Assembly: GCF_001194135.2 (NCBI RefSeq) | Contig: NC_068984.1 | Location: forward strand, 133,234,616-133,280,948 | Direction of reading: 5' to 3' | DNA length: 46,333 nucleotides | DNA from: Octopus bimaculoides | Lineage: Eukaryota | Shown here: positions 21,001 through 32,800 of the stretch, in pieces | How positions within the stretch are numbered: position 1 is the first letter of the stretch | Layout: each line of letters opens with the position of its first letter | Translations under genes and position numbers: made by a program | Notes under the pieces: generated by a model | The model's input: only the letters and a program-made list of their open reading frames with translations | Databases searched by the model: none | Told to the model about the DNA's origin: nothing

Positions 21001-24000
21001 GAAACCTCGTCAGCCTGGAAAAAGATGCATGCCATTTCGGCCACGGAAGGATTCATTTCAATACCTTATGAAAGAAAATATAAGGAATACAGGTCTCTTT
21101 CAGATTCATATTTTCCTTAAATCTTTCTGGAACATTATTTTTTTTTAAGTTGCAAGGTTTTTAACAATGTATACATCTAATTTATATAATCATGTAATTT
21201 ATAATAATTGATTACTGTTTGAAGTAACAAATCAACTGATTAGAAGTTGAGTAGAAAGTTTCTGTAGTTGTTTTATTTATGGATTGGGCAACAAAATGCA
21301 GTCCAGTTGTGGTGTGATTTTTCTAGGTAATCTATTTCAGTATTAATTATATGTAGAAGTAAACATTTTGAGTTCTGTTTGCCACCAAATTATGTAAATG
21401 ACAAATAGAGATGAAGAGTTGCATTAAATGATTTTGAGATTTGGCTCCTCATAGTTTTACTTTCAGATCCTGTTACAATTAACTTTTCCACACAGAGCCA
21501 ATAAAATAAATACCAATAGCATACTGTAGTTCATTATAATCTTTTCTTTGCAATATTAACAGTCATCATAAAGCAGTGAGCTGGGAGAATCATTAGTATT
21601 TCAGGTAAAATGCTTTGTAGCATTTTATCCATCTTGACAGTCAGAATTCAAATTCTACCAAGCTCAGCTTCGCTTTTTGGCCTTTTTGGGGTCGATAAAA
21701 TAAGTATCAGTTAAGCACTGGAGTCAATGTAATCAACTTATCCCCACCCCAAAAGGGCTGGTCTTGTGCCAAAATTTGAAACCAATTTTAACAGCCATCA
21801 TCATCGTCATGGGTTGGACAGTTTGACATTTTTTTTCTCTCTCTGACTATTTCAGTCGCTTATACCAAGTAGTTAAACTGATCCTCTTCTCATCAGCAAG
21901 TGGTTTATACAGCTGTCCTTTAGCCATGACAGATGGAGCTGCTAAAATTACTGAGGTTAGCCATTTTCATTTCTATTTTTTTTAACTTCTTTCATCCAAC
22001 TGGGAAAAGAGATCAATTTTTGTTGGAAAATTTTCTGTGTTGCACGAAAAACTCAAACCATTAATCAATGTATTAAAGAAAATTTACCTTCATTTCACTA
22101 TTGCTATGTTAATATTTTATTTCATTCTTTTTATTTTTCCACTACATTTCAACATTTACCCCTACAAACATGCATTTTGCTCATTCTACATTTTGTCCAT
22201 CACAACTACAATGACATCAACTCCTCTAAGCAGGTTGGCCAGTGACTACCCCCACCTTGACCTACCCAATATACTTGTTTCACCTCCTTTCATCCTTCAT
22301 ACAGTCTCTCCTCCTCAGACTAGTCATTTTGCATAGCCCTCCCCCATCAATTGTTTTAAATTTTCACCAATGTTTTTCCTATAGTCATTGACACCTTGCC
22401 ACCTAAAAGTATACATAAAACTATCTGGTGCTGCTGTTTCATCAAACCATTTCTATGACCTGAACTGACAAATAGCAGCCTCAAAATGTTCTCATTCAAA
22501 AGCCATCTTCAAATTTCCCTTACTGAAACTCCATACTTCTGAAGATGTGATCACTCACCTGTGCCTATAAATGTGGAGCTGAGTCAACCTTTCATCAAAT
22601 ACTTACAACACTAATTTGGTGTATTGAGCACCACTTTTTTTCATTTGTTGACCTATTTATACATATATATACAGGGTGTATAAGATATTTGAGAACAGAT
22701 TTATATTTATTAAAAAAAACAAAACAGATATATAACAGATAATAACTTTATTTATCAAAAAATGCAGGATTATTCATTTTTGCTGGCTGAGTGGACTGGA
22801 GCAACATGAAATGAAGTGTTTTGTTCAAGAGCACAACGCGTCACCCAGTTCAGGAATTGAAACCACAATCTTACAATCATGAGTCCAACACCCTAACCAC
22901 TAAGCCATGTGCCTCTTACTCACTACTATGAACTAAAATATCCCACTGCTTACCTCCTCAATTATGAACCAATATATTCTGCTGATTAATCTCACTACTG
23001 TGAATCCATCATCTACAGTGTAATCTGCTAACGTCAGCCAATTTTGCAAAGAAATATTTACAGGAATGATAAAATCAGTAAAAGTGTTTATATTTTATAT
23101 AAGAGTTCATGTTGTGTGTTTTGAAACCTTTTAGGAACTCAAGTTGGAAGAAGATTGGTTGAAGAAAGGAGTTTTTGGAAAGCTAACCAGTCGCAATCCA
23201 TTGAAGTTCTGGACATCTGGTCAATGGATGACTGAACGTAGAGGTGGTTCAGATGTTGGTAAGCCTGATATTTCATCATCATTATCATCATCGTTTAACT
23301 TCCAATTTTTCATGCTTGCATGGGTCAGACGAAATTTGTTGAAGCAGATTTTCTATGGCCAGATACCCTTCTTTTCACCTGTTACTAAAGACAATATTTC
23401 CACAAAAACTAGAAATATTTTTCCAAGGAAGACTGAAAATGAACAACATTGCTTGTATGATGATTATACCTGTTTATATAATCGTTGCATGATGTCAAGA
23501 AAAGTATTGGCACAAACACATACATACATACATACATACATACACATTACAAATACATACACACACACATTATACATACACATATACATTATACATACAT
23601 ACATACATATTTATATACATACTCACACATACACATATATAAATGTTTATGAGTGTATAATGGGCTGCCACACAGTTTCCATCTACTAAATCCACTCACA
23701 AGGCTTTGGTTGGCCTAGGGCTATAGTAGAAGACAGTTGCCCAAGGTACCATGCAATGGGACTGAACCTGAGACTACATGGTTGGGAAGCAAGCTTCTAA
23801 TCCACACAGCCCTGTCTGCCTCCATGAGTGTGGTTGTGGTCATCATCACATTTATTTATCAACATCTTAAGACATTAGCATAAAACAGTGAAGCAATGAG
23901 CTACCATTAGCAAGAAATCCAGTTAGGGGTCAAATATGTTTCAAAAACTCGGTTTCTTTTTTTGTGTTGAGATGGCTGAATGCACTAAATACTCACAGGT

Positions 24001-27000
24001 CCTGAGTTTAAAATGTCATCAAATAGTTCGTTGTATTTCTGGGCAGAACACTTTATTCTGCATTACCTCAATACACTTTGCTTTCAGGTGTAGGTATGAA
24101 CCTATCTAGGAATGTAATATGTAGTAGATTAGCACAAATTATCTTTCATCTTGTTAACAGAGATAAACTGGAGCTAAACACTGGTCCTTAAATGAACCCT
24201 GGGGTCTAGGAGGCATTACATTTATGGTTTTTTTTTACCTTTAGGGGCTTGACCACCCCCTATCAGATGTTCTCAGACCCTGCACTACCAATTCTCTTCC
24301 ACAAAATTGGGATAATGGTGGCCTATCTGAGAAATGAGTCTCGAATGGCCTATGACACCCTGCACAAGGTGTTATAGGCCATTCTCCAAGGCAAAACCAT
24401 CGCAGTCATGACCAAGGGGCATGGCTGAGCATGTCATTTGTCCTGAGGTGTGTGTCCCATTGCCCCCTCTCCCTCTACCTTCTGCTGCTTACCCTCACCC
24501 TTTTTTCTTTTTCTGTTTCTTTGTTTCCTTGTAATTATGATTCAACAAAGTTAGTTTCAAATAGACACATATTTTAAAAATAAGGAGAGAATTTTTTTTT
24601 ATATATATATATATAAACATGGATTTTTATGCATCTATATGTATAAGGAATGGGTGTTGTGGTGTTCAGATTCTTCTTTTATAGCATTATCCATTTAACA
24701 TCCACTTTTACATATAAAATGTACACCAATATCTCCATTCCTTATATACATATTCAATCCCAGAGCTTACCAACTGCCTTCCTTTCCCATCAGATCAAAT
24801 ATTTTGTGTAATATATATATTTATTTTCTGCTCTAGCTGCTTCTACTGAAACCATTGCCAAGAAAGACAAAGATGGTTTTTATAGATTATATGGCAATAA
24901 ATGGTTTACTTCAGCCACTGATGCCAACATGGCATTCACACTTGCCAGAGTTGTTCAAGAAAATGGACAAACAATTAGTGTAAGTTGTAAAACTGTTTTC
25001 ATTTGAAGCAATAGAATATGGTTCTTTCACTTAAAGTATATATTTATATGGATAGGGAAGACAATTCTAATTCACTTATTGATATCCTCCTGTCTACTTT
25101 CAGTGTAGTGGTTTGGTTAACACTACACTCTGTAGAAGTAGTATTACTAGGTATTGTAGTACTTGGTATTAATTAGTAGTATTATCATACAACAGATGGA
25201 AAATCCACAGTCTCGTTCATACACTTCATAGCCAAATTTTAGCATGAAGTGAAAACTAATGACTTAAAATGTAATTGTAGGTTTCCTTTTGTCTGTTGCT
25301 ATACCAGTACTGACAGGAGGAAATTTGTGTAAATAGTTGTGGCGTACCAAACTAAATGCAACAGAATGTTTTTTATGCTTTGGTACTTACTATTTGTATT
25401 GCAGTGGGTTGAGCTGGCCCTGACTAACAAGTTCACCTCTTCCCTCTGGTGAGGTGTAAAGTTCATATTCAGAGCTTCAATGGGAGTACAAGTTCACATG
25501 TTGTCCCCAGTCACATGCATACACTCTTTAGGATAGTGTGAACGTAAAAAGCACCATTTGTGCGTAGTCGATGCCAGTGCTGCCTGACTGGCTCCCATGC
25601 CGGTGGTATGTAAAAAAACACCATTCGAGCGTGGTCATTGCCAGTTCCACCTGACTGGCTCTCATGCCGGTAGCATGTAAAAAGCACCATTTGAGTGTGG
25701 TTGATGCCAGTACCACCTGACTAGCCCTTGTGCCAGTGGCACATAAAAAGTGCCCACTACACTCTCAGAGTGATTGGCATTAGGATGGGCATCCAGCTGT
25801 AGAAACCTTGCCAGGTCAGATTAGAGCCTGGTACAGCCTTCTGGTTTGCCAGTCCTCAAGTCAAACCGTCCAACCCATGCCAGCATGGAAAGCGGATGCT
25901 AAATGACAATAATGATGATGATGATCCATAGCAGCTCGCCTTGCTGTCTATTGTAGACCATCACAGGGGATTCACTGACCCAGTCACCGTTGATTATCAG
26001 AGCAGATGAAGGCTAGGTTTGAAATGGGTTCTAGAGACATACTTTAACAAAAGTTAAAGGATGCTATATTCAAATTTTAATTGAGTCAACTTTGCTTTTC
26101 ATTCTTTGCTTTTCATGCTTCTGGCATTGATTAAAAAAAAATATCTTGATTTTTGAGTCCACATCAATAAGAATAATTCTTATCATAAGAATCAATAGTT
26201 CTTGTAATATGACATTCTCTCCTCCATAACATTGATCTGTTGAAAGACTCTAAAGTGTCTTTATTCTCAGTTTTTCATCAGAATTTCTTTATTTCAGGGT
26301 AAAAATGGCCTGGCAATGTTTTATGTAGCAGTAAAAGATGAAGATGGACAATTAAACAACATTGAAATAGTTAACTTGAAAAATAAATTGGGAACCAGAC
26401 AAATGCCAACTGCAGAATTACAGTTAAATGGGACAAAAGCATTTAAGGTGAAGACATTTTTTCCTCTACTTTGCAAATATATATATTTTATATTCTAAGT
26501 GAACCGGTATTGTCACATGGTTTGTTAATGGAATTCTTCTTAAGTCAGGTTGGCTAAGATCTTCTTCAAATTAAAACATATAATATGGTCCCAACTTTAC
26601 ATATAGGACCTAGTGTGATTATTTGAGATTTATTTTTGAAAATAGTGCATCTTATAAACCATCAAAAACATTAGTTTCTTGAATTAACAGACGTTTCTCC
26701 ATTTCAGGTTTCTCCAACAGACAAAGGCATCAGTTATATAGCCACCATGTTAACTATAACAAGGATCCATAATGCAATTTCAGCTGTCTCCTACATGAGG
26801 AGGTCAGTATGATAATTTAATTTTAACATTTTAACTTTGAGAGCAAGTGGTGCAGTGCGCATAGAGATTGCAAGCCCTTTCTGTTTAGTAAGGTTCCTGT
26901 TGATGATATTCAGTTTAAATTTCTCTTGAATGACATCAGTCAGTAAAACATTAATGGGGAAGGAATTCCTGAAGGCTTCAGTTTTTTTGTATTTTCACTT

Positions 27001-29775
27001 GTTGAGACTGAAGGAAAAGGAATGCGTATGCAGAGTTTTAATGATATTAATGTTTTGTTTAAAATGTTGCTGACCAACAATGGCAGGAAAGACATAAGCA
27101 AGAAGGAGATTCAAAGGGGACTGACGTTCTGGGAAGGAAGAACTAAGCATAATGGTTTGTCAGGGAGTGAGGGGATTGGACACACCGAGAGTGATGGGAG
27201 GTAGAAAGACAAGTGTGTCAGGAATGCCTGAGTGGTGGAGGTACAAGACCAGCCAGCTCCATAGAGCCATGGAGGCTATTATAATAGCAATAGAAAATAC
27301 AGAGAAGTGACAGTATGTTTGAGGACTACAGGTTGGAACATGACCATTTGTGATTGAATTCCAATTAGTTGAGTGGTTCTGATCTGGATGAAGTCCAGGA
27401 TGTCAGTTTCTGGAAATAAAAGTTAGGTGAAGTGTTTAGCATAGGATTTTGGAGGTGAGATATTGTAGGGATGATGAGGTGATGTGAGTGAATCAAATGG
27501 GCTTTGGTTATGGTGGTACATAGATTGCTAGATCAGAAGAGCATGTAACATTGTAATAATATTACAAGAAACTGTATGACAAACTTCTATCAATGTTACC
27601 TTGATGTCAAGTATCATGGTAATTTAACTCATTAATTAATGATTACACTATTTATTAATTTAATTGGAATTACTGTTCTGACTTTAATGTACAGTGGCAA
27701 CAAACTGTCAATCAATTCTAATTAACAAAGTCATGGATTTCATGTTCCTTTAGTAAAAGAAAGTTGACCTCATCAGCATTTGAGCCCACAACAGAAAGGA
27801 ACAAAACTAAATACAGTTCGGCTAAATACTGTTCAACTAAGACAAGCATTTCTTCCTTGGATTCTCTTATGCTAATTCTTCTATAATACTTTCAGAATTG
27901 TCAACATGGCTTGTCAGTTTGCAACAGAAAGACAGGCTTTCAAACATCTTCTGAAAGACTTTCCTCTCCATGTGAAAACATTAGCCAAGCTTGAGGTAAG
28001 ATCTATATCAATTATGGAGACTAGTAGAATCATTAGAACATTAGCCAAAATGCTTTGTAACTTTTATTTCAAATCTTTACATCATGAGTTCCAATCCTGC
28101 AATGGCTGACTTTGCTTTTCATATTTTGAGGATCAATAAAATATCAGTCAAATATTGATGTAATCTATTAACCCTACCCGCCCCCAAATTTCTGTCCTTA
28201 TGCCTAAATCAGAAATCAAAAGGACAGTGCATTGGCAGAGTTATTAGAGTATCTGGCAAAAGGTTTGAGGTATTTACTAATGACCTTTTATGTTCTGAGT
28301 TCAAACCCCGATGAAGTCAACTTTGCCTTTGCTTCCAGGCAAAGATGAAATCATTTGCTTGGAATAACTAAAGTCACCCAATTACTTGTGTAAAGTAGAA
28401 GTGACTCTTTTTTTGTTTTTATGAAGATAAGAAAAAATATGAAGCAGATATCAATCCGTACTTTACAGTCATCATTATCAGTGAACATCTTTATGGTCAC
28501 CATCACCACCATCCTCATGTAAAAACATATTCTTTTGTACTCTAGGCATTCAGATTACTCTGTTAAACACAATGCTTATTTACTCACATTGTTTTGAATT
28601 AATCATGCATTATCTCAAAGCTTTGAGATTTTGATGATGTGATTGTTAATTGTTTATTTTTAAAATGACATTGTAACATAAATGTGAGAGGCTGGATTTG
28701 GCCAGTCTGAACATAAAACAGGTAGAATATTTAGGCCAGATGTGGCCAGTTTAAATGCTAAAGGGTTAAACGGCTATCAGGACTTCCAAGAAGAAATGGT
28801 TTGGTTTCAATCCATGCTGTCAGACCAAATTCCCTGCCACACAAGTACAATTCAGAAGGTTTTCAAAATAACAAAGCAAAACAAAAAAATTGTAAGTTCT
28901 TTATAAATTCCTTTTGTTCATTGCAGATGGAAACCAGAGGTGCTACAATACTTGTACTTCATCTTGGCCACTTACTTGGGCTCCAAGAGAACAAGAAATC
29001 ATCTCCTCTACAAGATAATCTGTTACGTCTGCTGACACCCATAACCAAGCTGTACACAGGCAAACAGGTAATTTCTCCCTTTTGTTGGTTGCTTCAGTTA
29101 CTTGAATGACTCAGAAACCTGGATAAACGCTGGTTTCATGAGCCTGTAGGTTTGAGGCCAACTTTACTTTTAGCTATGGTCTTGTCATTGTGTCTGTGTT
29201 TGTCACAACTACCCTTTAAACCCCCCCCCCCACACCACTTGACAACTGGTGTTGGTTTGTTTGTGTCCCTGAAACTTAGCAGTTCAGTGAGAGCGACCTA
29301 TAAAATAAGTACCAGACTTTAAAAAAAAAACATAAATACCAGGAGCAATTAGTTTGACAAATATCCTTCAAGATGGGTGCCCCATCATGGCCACAGATCA
29401 ATGACTGANNNNNNNNNNNNNNNNNNNNNNNNNNNNNNNNNNNNNNNNNNNNNNNNNNNNNNNNNNNNNNNNNNNNNNNNNNNNNNNNNNNNNNNNNNNN
29501 NNNNNNNNNNNNNNNNNNNNNNNNNNNNNNNNNNNNNNNNNNNNNNNNNNNNNNNNNNNNNNNATATATATGTATTTATATATATATACATATATATATT
29601 TGTTTTGCAAGATTTTTGATGTGAAATCGTGTGTTGAAACAGATGTTGTTGTACTTGGGGATGGTCATATTGCCAGTTTAGCCAATAAAAACACACGCAC
29701 TGTATATTTGGTGTTAATTTGCTTCAGCTTTATATTACATTATATTACATTAATCTTATTTCGGCCTCCCCAAGT

Positions 29776-29824
<49 letters not shown>

Positions 29825-32800
29825 CATAATTAGGATAAAGTCATTATTTAATGATTTATCAGTGGCCAGCATACTAGAAATACTATAATGGTTAATTTAT
29901 ATTATTAATATAAATTAACCCTTATTATAATTATATATACTCACACACACACACACACACACCATGAATAAGTCAAGTGTATATGAATGACAAGATTGTG
30001 GTGGAATTTTAACATTAAAATACTGTTGATGTTAAGGAAATAATTAATGAATTATTAAAAATTTTTATCAAAGGCTGTTGCAGTTGTTTCTGAAGGACTT
30101 GAATGTTTTGGTGGTCAAGGTTATATAGAAGATACCGGTATTCCAACGATGCTTAGAGACTCACAGGTATTATATTCAAGAAGAACATTCTTTTCAATAT
30201 TTTGCTAATTCCCACCATCTTTTAATAAATATTTCTTTTTGCATTCAAATAATCAATAATCACTTATGAGTTTTTTCTTTTATGCTTTTGTTCATCAGCT
30301 ATTAATGTATGAAACACTTTTCCATATCTTGCTGACAAAGAATATGCAACGCATTTTATGAGATCAATAGACGTAATGTTGTTGGTGTTTATGGTGATGG
30401 CGGTGATGGGGTGGTGTGCATGTCTAAGAAATATGTGAGCTTCAGAAATGGAGCTTTTAATAAATTCCTCCTCCACCATTTCATCATCATCATCATTTAA
30501 CGTCCATGTCCTATGCTGGCATGGAATGATCTGTTTGATAAGATCTGATGGTCCTAAGGACTGCATCATGCTCCAGTGTCCACTTTGGTCTGGTTTCCTT
30601 GGCTGAATGCCCTTCCTAACTCCAACCACTTTACAATGTGTGCTGGGTTCCTTTTTTCATACCACCAGCACTATTCAGACTGCCATGGAGACTGATCTTG
30701 TGATTTATAATCCAGAAGGTTGATATCTTCTATTCTAAACCCCACACTACATTATTCTTTTCCTTTTCTTTTTTCTCTTCAGTGATACTTCAATCCTTTA
30801 GCATTCTGCCTATTGTAATGCTTATTTATTCACATTGTTTTGGATTAATCACATATTATCTTATAGCAATGATGTGATTTTTAGAATCACATTGTAGGGT
30901 AGGTGTGAGAGGTTGGATCTAGCTGGTTCAAACATAATAACAGAGAGAATATTTTGACTGGATATGGCCTGTTTAAATGCTATAGGGTTAAAATTATGAA
31001 ACACAGGGCAGTTTGAGTTTCCTTCTCATCATTACAATCATTCTCATCAGCTTTGACCACTACCACAAGATTCATCATATACTAAAACTATCTACTGCTC
31101 TCACCACCACCATTATCATTTTCACATCCTGATATGCATAGGCATGGCTGTGCGGTTAGGAAGTTTGTTTTGCAATCATGTGTCTCCAGGTTCCATCCCA
31201 CTGCATGGCACTTTGAGCAAATGTTTCTACAGCTGGATGTCCTTCCTAATGCCAACCATTCCATAGAGTGTAGTGGGTGCTTTTTACATGGCCCCATCAC
31301 CATTTCTTTTAACACAGCACCAGCATGAGAGCTTTTTATGTGATACGAGCACCAGTATCAATTCTGCTGTGGTGGATGGGTCTTCTTGAGTACAGCAATT
31401 CTCTAGATATCTTGGTCTTTAGTCGTCTCCTTCATAAGGTTCAGTGTCTTGAGGTCAGCCTTCAATACTTTGTCCCGTGTCTTCCTTGGTCTCCCTCTTC
31501 CACAAATTCCATCCACTTTAAATGATCAGCCCTTCTTTTTTGCAACTGTCTACATTCACACACATCACATGACTTTGTAAAGGAAAATTAACTAAAAAAA
31601 ATCTCTCAACCTAATATAATTATGTGAAAATCTAATGTTGTCTGCATTTATTTGTAGGTGTTGCCAATCTGGGAAGGTACAACAAACATTCTATCACTTG
31701 ATGTTCTTCGAGCTCTTCATTCCTCTAAAGAGATTCTGGAATCATTTGGCAATAATGTTCGAATGCTTGTTTCTTCAGCTTCCCAGCATGAACTTTTAAA
31801 CACAGCCAGCTGCAATGTGGTAAAAGCAATGGATGAAACTATGCAGATGATGATAAGTAACAAAGATGTCCTTGCATCAGCAGCACGTGATCTGGCATTC
31901 AGTTTTGCACGTATTTATATAAGTGAGTTTGACTACTTTTCCACTGATTTTTACTGTTTGTGGATTCTTCTTCACTGCATTTGAAACTGGGTCAGTAAAC
32001 TGTGACAGGAATCAAAAACCTATGGTTGTTGGTTTCTGTTACATCACTGATGCTGTATTATGTCAATGGTGAAGTCTCTTGCTTCTTAACCCTTTCAATA
32101 CCAATCTGGCTGAAACCACATCTGGCTCTGTAGTACAAATGTCTTGTTTTCATCAGTTTTTAATTAAAATCTTCCACCAAACCTTAGTCACAATTTATAT
32201 TCCTAACACTAACTTAATGATCACTAAGTTATTTTTTCTAAATTCTTTGTTATGTTTAAAATTAATTGAAAGAAATGCAAAATATTTCAAAATAGATACA
32301 GTAACGAAAGGGTTAAATGGCTCAGTTCACTTAGTTGGTGACATGTACCATAAGAAGTTACACTGCTTTATGTTATAACTACTCCTCCCTGTTGTTTGCT
32401 ATTATTCCCCCTCTCAGCAGCAGTATGACATGACTATAGGCAGAAATAGGAGTTTAGGTGAGTGGGGATTTGCAAGTGTATATGGGTGACAATTTACAAC
32501 ACAATACAGTAACTACATATTACAATGAAACTATTGTATAATACAGTAGTATGACAACAAAAATTGCTGTAATACAACTGGCAGATATCACAACAAAATA
32601 ACATAGAAAGAATGTCTCATAAATATTGTTGCAACAAAGCAGCAAGCTTGCAGAATCATTAAAGCATTGAACCAAATGCTTCACAGTATTTCGCCCCTCT
32701 TTACATTCTGAGTTCAAATTCTGCCAAGGTTGACTTTGCCTGTCATCCATTTGACATCAATGAAAAAAAGTACTGGTCAAGCAGTGGGGTTGTTGTAATC

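Noticed and set aside
25545-25750. Regularly spaced ~64-bp repeats superficially like a CRISPR array
   Set aside because: The DNA is eukaryotic, the whole unit repeats with no unique spacers, there are no cas genes, and it belongs to a LINE 3'UTR.
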